Source: Patescibacteria group bacterium (GTDB lineage: Bacteria; Patescibacteriota; Minisyncoccia; Phycocordibacterales; JAKFXT01). Taken from it: 62,095 bases of DNA. The DNA is taken from NCBI GenBank assembly GCA_021731245.1, contig JAKFXT010000005.1, forward strand, positions 1 to 62,095. The letters are read 5' to 3'. Below the pieces are notes generated by a model. That model ran no database searches, was not told where the DNA came from, and worked only from the letters and a program-made list of their open reading frames with translations. This document shows, one piece after another, positions 8,060-15,195 of the stretch. Each line of letters begins with the position of its first letter. Position 1 is the first letter of the stretch. A program made the position numbers and the translations under genes.

Positions 8060-8070
8060 TAAACAAAAAC

Positions 8071-8105
8071 TCCCGCCGAAATGAGATACAGAGCGGGATT
8101 TTTTG
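8071..8105 (+). terminator. rho-independent terminator after rplS
   Basis: Stem TCCCGC ... GCGGGA followed by a T run. Confidence 0.6.
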
Positions 8106-8153
8106 ATTTTACAATTGGTATACGCTATATACTTGAGGTATAATATACTAAAT

Positions 8154-8840
8154 ATGGTAAGAGTGGGAGTAAAACCGAAAGGGAAGGTAACTATAAAATG
8201 GTCAGCAATTTTTGCTTATGCGATTGGGCTTATAGTTTCGGACGGGAATTTATCTTCTGACGGGCGCCATTTGAATCTTACATCTAAAGATAGAGAAGTG
8301 ATTGAGACTTTTCGTAAATGTCTCAATATTAAGAATAAAATTGGTCGGAAAGCACGCAGCGGGAAAATAGAAAAGAAATATTATGTCTTACAATTTGGTG
8401 ATGTAATTTTTTACAGATTTCTTTTAGGAATAGGATTAACTCCAGCAAAATCAAAAACAATTGGAAAAATTGAAATTCCACAGAGATATTTCTTTGATTT
8501 TTTACGAGGATCATTTGACGGAGACGGCTGTTTTTATTCTTATTGGGATCCTCGCTGGAAATCGAGCCACATGTTTTATCTTGCTTTTAGTTCAGCAAGT
8601 AAAATTCATACAGAATGGATAAGAAGAGAAATAGGAAAATTTCTGTTTGTTAGGGGACATGTTTCGAAATCTAAAAGAAAAGGGTCAATTTATAATCTGC
8701 GATATGCAAAAAAAGAATCATTGGAAATTATTAAGAAAATGTACTACAATCCGAAAGTCACTTGTTTGTCTCGAAAAAGAGCAAAAATAAAAAAAGCTCT
8801 TTTGATTGAGAGTGCACAACAAAAGACATATTTTAAGTAA
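8154..8840 (+). CDS. free-standing double-motif LAGLIDADG homing-endonuclease-like protein
   Basis: Has two LAGLIDADG-type motifs (AIGLIVSDGNL and FLRGSFDGDGCF). The ATG at 8154 is preferred to the listed 8103. The gene ends 5 nt before tRNA-Leu. Confidence 0.7.
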   Translation: MVRVGVKPKGKVTIKWSAIFAYAIGLIVSDGNLSSDGRHLNLTSKDREVIETFRKCLNIKNKIGRKARSGKIEKKYYVLQFGDVIFYRFLLGIGLTPAKSKTIGKIEIPQRYFFDFLRGSFDGDGCFYSYWDPRWKSSHMFYLAFSSASKIHTEWIRREIGKFLFVRGHVSKSKRKGSIYNLRYAKKESLEIIKKMYYNPKVTCLSRKRAKIKKALLIESAQQKTYFK

Positions 8841-8845
8841 ACATT

Positions 8846-8932
8846 GCCCAGGTGTTGAAATTGGTAGACAATTATCCTTGAGGTGGATATGCCCTTACGG
8901 GCGTGGAGGTTCGAGTCCTCTCCTGGGCACCA
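8846..8932 (+). tRNA. tRNA-Leu (anticodon GAG), class II, CCA encoded
   Basis: Acceptor GCCCAGG/CCTGGGC, anticodon arm TATCC-TTGAGGT-GGATA, long variable arm, and T arm GGAGG-TTCGAGT-CCTCT. Ends in ACCA. Confidence 0.85.
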
Positions 8933-8957
8933 GAAATTTTTACCAAAAAGATTGGTG

Positions 8958-8983
8958 AAAATTTCTGGTGCAGAGGACTCGAA
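8958..8983 (+). repeat. inverted copy of the tRNA-Leu 3' half (anti-acceptor 8958..8971 and anti-T-arm 8972..8983)
   Basis: AAAATTTCTGGTGC is the exact complement of 8927..8940. AGAGGACTCGAA is the exact complement of the T-loop plus 3' T-stem at 8910..8921. Confidence 0.8.
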
Positions 8984-9012
8984 AGACGGAGCTAGTAAAA
9001 GCGAGTAATAAT

Positions 9013-9088
9013 GGTGCCTATGGTGTAACGGTTAACACTCGAGCTTGTGGAGCTTGCGATCAGGGTTCGATTCCCTGTAGGCACCCCA
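9013..9088 (+). tRNA. tRNA-His (anticodon GUG) with encoded G-1 and CCA
   Basis: G-1 is opposite C73. Acceptor GTGCCTA/TAGGCAC, anticodon arm CGAGC-TTGTGGA-GCTTG, and T arm CAGGG-TTCGATT-CCCTG. Confidence 0.85.
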
Positions 9089-9089
9089 A

Positions 9090-9270
9090 ACCAGAAAAAT
9101 CTCTAAATTTTTTAGAGGTTTTTCTGTGTTTTCGGAGTGATGTAAGCGAGTAAAAAATTTTGCTCGCGCCAGGGAATCGAAAAGCTTTTCATTATTTGTG
9201 AAGAATTTTGTTCTGAACAAATCGAAAAGGTATACTGCTCCTGTAAGGAGAGATTCTGTAGGCACCCCAA
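9090..9270 (+). repeat. about 167-nt structured insert after tRNA-His, ending in a direct repeat of the tRNA-His 3' end (9257..9270 equals 9076..9089)
   Basis: TGTAGGCACCCCAA occurs twice. The insert carries hairpins at 9092..9126 and 9147..9168. It also carries the anti-T-arm box CAGGGAATCGAA at 9170..9181, the exact complement of 9066..9077. Confidence 0.75.
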
Positions 9271-9278
9271 TATTTTTT

Positions 9279-9854
9279 ATGAATAAAAAAGGAGAATTAG
9301 AAAAACTAAAAATAGAAATGTTGGCGAATAAAGATTTGCCACTAAAAACCAATTTGGTTTTTGGGGAAGGTAACATAGACGCAGAGATTCTTTTTATTGG
9401 AGAAGCACCTGGGGCAGAAGAGGATAAACAAGTACGGCCATTTGTAGGGCGTTCCGGGCAACTTTTGAGAAAAATGATTCGCGAAAATGGATTAAATGAA
9501 GAAGATGTTTATATAACAAATATTGTGAAGCGTCGCCCGCCGGAAAATAGAGACCCCACCCCAAAAGAAATTGAAAGTTATAAACCATATTTAAAAAGAC
9601 AAATAGAAATTATTAATCCTAAGGTTATTGTAACTCTCGGTAGATTTCCAATGAATTATTTTTTACCGGAAGCGAAGATAACGAGAGATCAAGGTAAATT
9701 ATTTGAAGAGAAAAACAGCGGTTACTATCTTGTGCCAATGTTTCACCCAGCAGCTGCCATCCGCGGCGTTGCCCCCATGCCAATTTTTGAGGCAGGGTTT
9801 AGGAACCTTCCTAATATAATCAAAAGAGTGGATAAATTAAAGAAGAAAAAGTAG
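9279..9854 (+). CDS. uracil-DNA glycosylase, family 4
   Basis: GEGNIDAEILFIGEAPGAEEDKQVRPFVGRSGQLL and HPAAA are family-4 UDG motifs. The listed start at 9198 would translate the tRNA-His-derived repeat, so the ATG at 9279 is preferred. Confidence 0.8.
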   Translation: MNKKGELEKLKIEMLANKDLPLKTNLVFGEGNIDAEILFIGEAPGAEEDKQVRPFVGRSGQLLRKMIRENGLNEEDVYITNIVKRRPPENRDPTPKEIESYKPYLKRQIEIINPKVIVTLGRFPMNYFLPEAKITRDQGKLFEEKNSGYYLVPMFHPAAAIRGVAPMPIFEAGFRNLPNIIKRVDKLKKKK

Positions 9855-9862
9855 TATTATTA

Positions 9863-10084
9863 GTGCAAAAGATGATTATGGCTAAAAAACAAAACAGCAG
9901 AGGGTTTACATTAGTTGAAATGATGTTTTGGCTTGCCCTTGTAGTTCTTTTGGTTGGTGGCTTTATATACAAAAATACTAAGGAAATACAAAAAAATCCC
10001 TCAACAAATAATCAAAAGGGAGGAATTTTTGGTGACTTAAAATCAGAAAGAGAAAATAAACAAAAAATAATAGAAGAGAATTAA
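9863..10084 (+). CDS. minimal prepilin-type protein (N-terminal cleavage/methylation motif only)
   Basis: Has SRGFTLVEMMFWLALVVLLVGG, the G/FTLVE class III signal. At 73 aa there is essentially no globular domain. Confidence 0.55.
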   Translation: MQKMIMAKKQNSRGFTLVEMMFWLALVVLLVGGFIYKNTKEIQKNPSTNNQKGGIFGDLKSERENKQKIIEEN

Positions 10085-10086
10085 CT

Positions 10087-11238
10087 TTATTTTTCTGAAG
10101 CGTCCATAACAGCTTTTGCTACAGATTCCATTACTCCCTCGTCAAATGGTCCTGGGATTATTTTTTCTGGATTTGGATTTTTTACAAGATTAGAGAGTGC
10201 CTCTGCAGACGCCAATTTCATTTGGTCTGTAATTTTTGAAACTCTTGCGTCAATTGCCCCCCGAAATATTCCTGGAAAAACTAAAGAATTATTTACTTGA
10301 TTTGGTAAGTCAGAGCGACCTGTTGCAAAAATTGAGGCACCCCCAGATTGCGCTTCTTCAGGTGTTATTTCTGGAGTGGGATTTGCCATAGCAAAAATTA
10401 TTGCTCCCTCCCTCATTCTTTTAACGTCATCGCTATTTATTACATTACCTTTAGAAACACCAATGAATATATCTGCTCCGACAACAGCTTCGCTTAAATT
10501 TCCATTCTTATTATCACTGTTGGTTATTTTTAATATTTCTATTTTCTCTTTTGTTAAATCATCTCTATCTTTATGAATTATTCCTTTAGAATCACACATA
10601 ATAATGTCTATGAATCCATATAGATGAACTAATTTTGTAATAGCGATACCAGCGGCTCCCGCTCCATTTACAACCACTTTTACATTCTCTTTCTTTTTAC
10701 CAGTTACTTTTAAGGCGTTAATAAGTCCAGCCAAGACAACAATGGCTGTGCCATGCTGGTCATCGTGCATTACGGGAATTTCTAATTCTTTTTTTAATCT
10801 TTCTTCAATTTCAAAACAACGAGGAGCCGAAATGTCTTCCAAATTAATTCCTCCAAAGGTTGGAGCAATGGCTTTGATTGCGGAAATTATTTCTTCTGTA
10901 TCTTGTGTTCCCAAAACTATAGGCACTGCATCGAGGTTTGCGAATCGTTTGAAAAGGGCACACTTTCCTTCCATAACAGGAAGGGCGGCAACGGGCCCAA
11001 TATTTCCAAGTCCTAAAACAGACGAGCCGTCAGTAATTACGGCAACGGTGCTTTTCATTGATGTAAGATTTAGAGCCTCCCGCACGTCTTTAACTATTAG
11101 AAGGCAGGGAGCCGCAACTCCTGGGGTGTAAGCGATTGATAGTTCGTCACGATTATTAAGAGGAAATTTACTTATAATTTCTAATTTCCCCTTATTTTTT
11201 CTGTGCTCTTCAATACTTAATTTGGCGTAATCTTTCAT
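10087..11238 (-). CDS. NAD(P)-dependent malic enzyme (short form)
   Basis: Contains SIAYTPGVAAPC, VITDGSSVLGLGNIGPVAALPVMEGKCALFK and VVNGAGAAGIA. Confidence 0.85.
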   Translation of the reverse strand: MKDYAKLSIEEHRKNKGKLEIISKFPLNNRDELSIAYTPGVAAPCLLIVKDVREALNLTSMKSTVAVITDGSSVLGLGNIGPVAALPVMEGKCALFKRFANLDAVPIVLGTQDTEEIISAIKAIAPTFGGINLEDISAPRCFEIEERLKKELEIPVMHDDQHGTAIVVLAGLINALKVTGKKKENVKVVVNGAGAAGIAITKLVHLYGFIDIIMCDSKGIIHKDRDDLTKEKIEILKITNSDNKNGNLSEAVVGADIFIGVSKGNVINSDDVKRMREGAIIFAMANPTPEITPEEAQSGGASIFATGRSDLPNQVNNSLVFPGIFRGAIDARVSKITDQMKLASAEALSNLVKNPNPEKIIPGPFDEGVMESVAKAVMDASEK

Positions 11239-11354
11239 GATTTTTTATATAAGTTTAAGAATAATATCATCAAGGTGGCTTAATTGAAAAAACGTGAGGG
11301 TTTGTTATAGTGATTCTTTTAAGATTAGTTAATTAGCTAAATAAATAAAAAAAT

Positions 11355-12188
11355 ATGCATGAATTTTTAAATTCAAGTGGGGGGACCAAATTAACTAGAG
11401 TACTTGTGTGGCTTGTAGCAGTAGCGGTTCTTTTTATGGCTGTGAAAACTATAAATGAGTTTCGCAAAGGTGCCTATATTGGTCGCGACGTTGCTTCACA
11501 AAATACTATAACAGTGTCCGGTGAAGGAGAGATTTTGATAAAGCCAGACATTGCCACTTTTACGTTTAGTGTTACAGAGGAAGGGAAAACAGTAGGGGAA
11601 GCACAAAAGAAAGCTACAGAAAAAACAAATAAGGCGATGGATTTTCTAGAGAAAAGTGATGTAGATGAGAAGAAAGATACTAAAACTATTTCTTATAACA
11701 TCAATCCAAAGTATGAATACTACTATCAACCACAAATAATGGCGCCATGCAGCATAAACTATTGTCCGCCAACTACCATTAAAGAACCAAAAATAATTGG
11801 TTATGAAGTGTCTCAAACAATTGAAGTTAAAGTTAGAAAACTTGAAGATGCTGGCGATCTTTTGACAGGTATAGGAGATATGGGTGTGCAAAATGTTGGA
11901 AGTCTACAGTTTAAGATAGAAGATGAAGAAAAAGTAAAAAGAGAAGCACAGGAGAAAGCGATTGGCATAGCAAAAGAAAAAGCAGAAAAACTTGCTGATC
12001 AACTTGGAGTTTCTCTTGTACGTATAGTTAATTTCAGTGAAGGGGGAAATTATCCAATTTATTACGATAAAGTAGCAAACATGAGCACAGAAGCTTATGG
12101 TCGCGGAGGAGATGCGATTGCCCCATCTATTCCAAGTGGTGAAAATCAAGTCATTTCAAACGTAACGATTACTTACGAAATAAGATAA
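11355..12188 (+). CDS. SIMPL/DUF541-family periplasmic or membrane-anchored protein
   Basis: N-terminal TM helix followed by ITVSGEGEILIKPDIATFTFSV. The C-terminal GENQVISNVTITYEI is typical of SIMPL proteins. Confidence 0.7.
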   Translation: MHEFLNSSGGTKLTRVLVWLVAVAVLFMAVKTINEFRKGAYIGRDVASQNTITVSGEGEILIKPDIATFTFSVTEEGKTVGEAQKKATEKTNKAMDFLEKSDVDEKKDTKTISYNINPKYEYYYQPQIMAPCSINYCPPTTIKEPKIIGYEVSQTIEVKVRKLEDAGDLLTGIGDMGVQNVGSLQFKIEDEEKVKREAQEKAIGIAKEKAEKLADQLGVSLVRIVNFSEGGNYPIYYDKVANMSTEAYGRGGDAIAPSIPSGENQVISNVTITYEIR

Positions 12189-12216
12189 GGAAAAAAGTTT
12201 AGAAAAAACTAAGATG

Positions 12217-12256
12217 TCCCGCCAGAGTTTTTAAAACTCTGGCGGGATTGTCTTTT
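12217..12256 (+). terminator. rho-independent terminator
   Basis: TCCCGCCAGAGTTTT / AAAACTCTGGCGGGA, a 15-bp stem followed by a T-rich tail. Confidence 0.75.
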
Positions 12257-12312
12257 CCATAAATAAATGTTTTTATCAGAAATGGCAAGTTCGCCAAGAC
12301 CTGGAGGTGATA

Positions 12313-12516
12313 ATGGTTCGAAGAACGAGGGCACGAGGAGGCAACGGTGTTTTTGACCGAATGCTGACGAAAAGAGGTGGTGAGGTGGATACCTCACCCA
12401 TTCACGGTGGAGCTGGGGGTGAAGGCGAAGACTCCAATGTGGATCATCCGCCAAGAACCATTCGCAGACCGCCGGTACGTTCACGAGGAAATTCTGTCGG
12501 AAAAACGTTCCGTTAG
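12313..12516 (+). CDS. hypothetical Arg/Gly-rich 67-aa protein in a GC-rich island (could instead be non-coding)
   Basis: GGAGG lies 5 nt upstream of the ATG, and the ORF ends just before the terminator at 12535..12563. The composition is low-complexity, so coding status is uncertain. Confidence 0.3.
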   Translation: MVRRTRARGGNGVFDRMLTKRGGEVDTSPIHGGAGGEGEDSNVDHPPRTIRRPPVRSRGNSVGKTFR

Positions 12517-12534
12517 GGACTTTCTGGCATAAAA

Positions 12535-12563
12535 AGGGCCCATGCTTTGCGCTGGGCCTTTTT
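12535..12563. terminator. hairpin terminator (GGGCCC ... GGGCC plus T run; A run on the other side)
   Basis: AAAAAGGGCCCatgctttgcgctGGGCCTTTTT. Confidence 0.6.
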
Positions 12564-12630
12564 AATTTGATTTAATTTTTGTTTTGAATTTTAATAAAGA
12601 CAACTGAACATCAAATAGGAGGGCTTTCCA

Positions 12631-12870
12631 ATGTCATTTTCAAAGGGCGATAAAATAAGGACAACAACAAATGTCTACGCGACCAGAAAGGGAGACCTAG
12701 TTGGAAGTAGAGGTAGAAGCCTTAAGCCTTCAACCGAAGGTCGCGTTTTGGGACAAAGCGGTCTGTACTCCTGGGAATGTGAATTTATCCTGGATCTTTC
12801 TGCTGAAGGAGACGAAGAGGGGGTTCTTTTTTTCGCTACCGTTCCAAAATCATTTCTAGACGAGGTTTAA
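12631..12870 (+). CDS. hypothetical 79-aa protein (GC-rich island)
   Basis: AGGAGG lies 9 nt upstream of the ATG. The ORF is followed at once by the terminator AGCGGgggaaactCCGCTTTTC. Confidence 0.45.
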   Translation: MSFSKGDKIRTTTNVYATRKGDLVGSRGRSLKPSTEGRVLGQSGLYSWECEFILDLSAEGDEEGVLFFATVPKSFLDEV

Positions 12871-12910
12871 AAGCGGGGGAAACTCCGCTTTTCTTTATTA
12901 TTCAATAACA

Positions 12911-12939
12911 TTGACAAATAGACAAATTTAGTATATAAT
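12911..12939 (+). promoter_or_regulatory. consensus sigma-70-type promoter
   Basis: TTGACA (12911..12916), a 17-nt spacer, then TATAAT (12934..12939). It lies upstream of ORF 13019..13486. Confidence 0.6.
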
Positions 12940-13018
12940 ACAAAACAGTAAGGTGCCTACACACCTACCTTTAAATCAACCTTGAAATTGTAGGGTTTCT
13001 GGGGAATGAAAGGGAAAA

Positions 13019-13486
13019 ATGAAAAAAGCCTCTTTTACCGAGGGTGAGGACTACAGCACAATGTCCGCCTTTGATTTGGCCAAGGCCGGCTGGCACATTG
13101 GTGTTTCGGAGTTCGGGGACAATTGGATGTTCGCTTTTCGAGAGCCGGTCAAGGGAAGTCCCCGGATCGAGCGCAGGGAAGTTGCGAAAGGATCCAACTT
13201 CCGCCTCGACCACTTCGGGAAGTCCTATTTCCCGGCCTCGGTTCGTGAGATGTCTGATGCCGGCTGGAAATTTCACGTGAAGTGCCGAGGTGGCAATCAG
13301 GGAGCCATCGCAACGGTCATCTTCACTTCTCCGAACGGGAAGCTCACGACGGAGCGTCAAATACCCTTCGCCATGATTCCGCGGCCAGAGCTCAAGCAGG
13401 TGAAGAAAGCCAACTCCACGTGCCGTATCGGCAAAACGGCGCGAGAGCGGGCGGCCAAACGGGAAAGGAGACAGGAAAGAGCGTAA
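13019..13486 (+). CDS. hypothetical 155-aa protein (GC-rich island) with an internal duplicated AGW motif and a basic tail
   Basis: The consensus promoter at 12911 precedes it and a strong terminator (13501..13535) follows. DLAKAGWHIGV and MSDAGWKFHV suggest a two-repeat architecture. Confidence 0.5.
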   Translation: MKKASFTEGEDYSTMSAFDLAKAGWHIGVSEFGDNWMFAFREPVKGSPRIERREVAKGSNFRLDHFGKSYFPASVREMSDAGWKFHVKCRGGNQGAIATVIFTSPNGKLTTERQIPFAMIPRPELKQVKKANSTCRIGKTARERAAKRERRQERA

Positions 13487-13500
13487 TTGCTCGATCCGAA

Positions 13501-13535
13501 GCGCGGGGAGACGAAAGTCCCCCGCGTTTTTATTT
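13501..13535 (+). terminator. rho-independent terminator
   Basis: CGCGGGGAGacgaaagtCCCCCGCG followed by TTTTTATTTT. Confidence 0.75.
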
Positions 13536-13538
13536 TGT

Positions 13539-13566
13539 TTGACAAAGGGGAAGTTTTTGATACTAT
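13539..13566 (+). promoter_or_regulatory. candidate promoter of the secE-nusG-rplK unit
   Basis: TTGACA (13539..13544), a 16-nt spacer, then TACTAT (13561..13566). Confidence 0.5.
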
Positions 13567-13610
13567 CTTAATCAATAGCCCCCGAGAGGGGGTTTTAAAA
13601 TACAAAAATT

Positions 13611-13790
13611 ATGGCAATAGGAGATTATCTAAAAGAGACACGCGAAGAAATGAAGCACGTTTCTTGGCCAACAAAAAAGCAAATTACAGCATATACGATT
13701 ATTGTTATCGCAATTTCTATCGCGACAGCTCTTTATTTGGGCGCTTTTGACTACTTACTCCGTATTTTAATGGAACAGCTTTTGAAATAA
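13611..13790 (+). CDS. secE: preprotein translocase subunit SecE (59 aa, below the ORF-track cutoff)
   Basis: Hand translation: MAIGDYLKETREEMKHVSWPTKKQITAYTIIVIAISIATALYLGAFDYLLRILMEQLLK. It has the E.KKV.WPT motif plus one TM helix, and sits directly upstream of nusG. Confidence 0.8.
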   Translation: MAIGDYLKETREEMKHVSWPTKKQITAYTIIVIAISIATALYLGAFDYLLRILMEQLLK

Positions 13791-13874
13791 ATAATTTATG
13801 TCTAAACAACCCCAGTAGCAAAGACAAGCTTGCTACGGGGCAGGTAAACAAAGAAATTAAAAAATTATAAAAAT

Positions 13875-14420
13875 ATGTCAAAACAACAAACTACAGGTGA
13901 AAGACATTGGTATGCAATTCACACATATGCTGGTTATGAAAATGCTGTGGTCAGAAATTTGAAGCAGCGAATCGACTCTCTTGGAATGGGAGATAAGATT
14001 TTCCAAGTATTGGTTCCTACAGAAAAGAAAATAAAAATAAAAGGCGGAAAGCGTGTAGAGGAAGAAGAAAAGGTTTATCCAGGTTATGTTTTGGTGGATA
14101 TGATTGTAACTGATGACTCTTGGTATGTGGTTCGTAATACTCCTAGAGTTACAGGGTTCGTAGGCTCCGGCGTGCAACCTGTGCCACTTTCTCCAAAAGA
14201 AATTGAAGATCTTTTCAAGAGAATGTCAGTAGATACTGTTAAACACACTATAAATCTTGAAGTTGATGACATAATCACAATTGTAGACGGCCCATTTAAG
14301 GACTTGGAAGGTAAAGTTTCTGAAGTAGATGAAGAAAGGGGCAAGATAAAAGTTCTTGTTTCAATGTTTGGTCGCGAAACACCGGTTGAACTTGATTTCT
14401 TGCAGGTAAAGAAAATATAA
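13875..14420 (+). CDS. nusG: transcription termination/antitermination factor NusG
   Basis: Contains [21 protein letters not shown] and the KOW segment [15 protein letters not shown]. Confidence 0.9.
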   Translation: MSKQQTTGERHWYAIHTYAGYENAVVRNLKQRIDSLGMGDKIFQVLVPTEKKIKIKGGKRVEEEEKVYPGYVLVDMIVTDDSWYVVRNTPRVTGFVGSGVQPVPLSPKEIEDLFKRMSVDTVKHTINLEVDDIITIVDGPFKDLEGKVSEVDEERGKIKVLVSMFGRETPVELDFLQVKKI

Positions 14421-14456
14421 GCTAGGATTCGAATTCTGAATATAGATTAAATATAT

Positions 14457-14882
14457 ATGGCAAAAAAATTAATTAAAAAAGTAAAAATAAGAGGAATAAT
14501 TGGTGGCCGTGCAACTCCTGCTCCTCCGCTTGGACCAACGCTCGGACAAGCTGGTATAAACATTGGTGATTTTGTAACCAAGTTTAATGATGCGACTAAA
14601 GGAATGATGGGGGAGATTGTGCCAGTTGTTATCTCTGTTTATGAAGATAGAAGTTATGACTTTGTTTTGAAAACCCCTCCTGCAGCAAGTTTGCTTTTAA
14701 AAGCGATAAATAAAGAGAAAGGTTCTGGAAAACCAAATGTAAGTAAAGTTGGTTCAATATCCAAAGCCGATTTGATGGCAATTGCTGAAAAGAAAATGAA
14801 AGATTTGAACGCTCACACTGTGGAGCAGGCAGCAAAGATTCTTGGCGGAAGCGCAAGATCTATGGGGATAGATATTAAATAA
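14457..14882 (+). CDS. rplK: ribosomal protein L11
   Basis: Contains GGRATPAPPLGPTLGQAGINIGDFVTKFN and YEDRSYDFVLKTPPAS. Confidence 0.9.
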   Translation: MAKKLIKKVKIRGIIGGRATPAPPLGPTLGQAGINIGDFVTKFNDATKGMMGEIVPVVISVYEDRSYDFVLKTPPAASLLLKAINKEKGSGKPNVSKVGSISKADLMAIAEKKMKDLNAHTVEQAAKILGGSARSMGIDIK

Positions 14883-14991
14883 TTAATATCTATCGACCTT
14901 TTGAGATATCTTTGCGAATTTTTGAAGCAAAGTATCCAAAAGGTGTACTGTTCCTGTAAGGAATCGACGTGAAATAATTCACGCCGATGAG

Positions 14992-15122
14992 CCGGAGGTC
15001 GACGGACCGAGACGGGTGAGAAACGAATACTTGGAGTTTCGCAAGACCTTGAGCGCCAAAGGGGCGAAAGGTGTTCAGATTCTGTAAGAATCGCGCAAAT
15101 TTTCAGCAGAAAATTATGCGTG
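14992..15122 (+). repeat. GC-rich multi-hairpin element, copy K (expanded)
   Basis: Reads CCGGAG, hairpin GGTC-GACG-GACC, GAGACGGG, extra hairpins, then CGCGCAAATTTTC-AGCA-GAAAATTATGCGTG. See findings for the cross-copy comparison. Confidence 0.65.
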
Positions 15123-15157
15123 AGTTGATATAAAATAATTTACATCTATACAAAAAT

Positions 15158-15195
15158 AAAAAGGCCCAAGATTTAATTTTTGGGCCTTTTTATTT
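15158..15195. terminator. bidirectional terminator between rplK region and folA
   Basis: AAAAAGGCCCAagatttaatttttGGGCCTTTTTATTTTT. Confidence 0.7.

Noticed and set aside
9198-9278. N-terminal 27 codons of the listed UDG ORF.
   Set aside because: This stretch is the tRNA-His trailer element and includes the duplicated tRNA 3' end. The UDG homology starts after the ATG at 9279.
12301-12345. GGAGGTGATAATGGTTCGAAGAACG resembles the 5' end of tmRNA (GGGG..G....GGUUCGAC).
   Set aside because: No matching tRNA-like 3' end (T-arm plus ...CACCTCCACCA) occurs within several hundred nt on this strand. No tag-peptide reading frame is apparent. The GGAGG more plausibly serves as a Shine-Dalgarno sequence for the ATG at 12313.
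12500-12545. The minus strand reads GCCAGAAAGTCCC, reminiscent of the RNase P RNA P4 motif GGAAAGTCCGGGC.
   Set aside because: The partner P4 strand (ACAGAA...GGGACTTA-like) and other universally conserved RNase P blocks are absent. The available GC-rich space, about 280 nt, is too small.
12260-13540. Integron-like gene cassette array, that is, small ORFs each followed by an inverted repeat.
   Set aside because: The inverted repeats are short GC stems followed by T runs, so they are ordinary intrinsic terminators. They are not 60-120-nt attC sites with conserved core motifs. At least one ORF has its own promoter, and no integrase is present.
13487-13750. ORF 13487..13750 (+), 87 aa.
   Set aside because: It starts inside a terminator hairpin and overlaps the clear 59-aa SecE frame (13611..13790) out of frame.
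14981-15025. CCGATGAG ... GAGAAAC in element copy K looks superficially like hammerhead ribozyme core strands.
   Set aside because: The CUGA box is incomplete, with no U. The other family copies lack both strings, so it is not a conserved feature.
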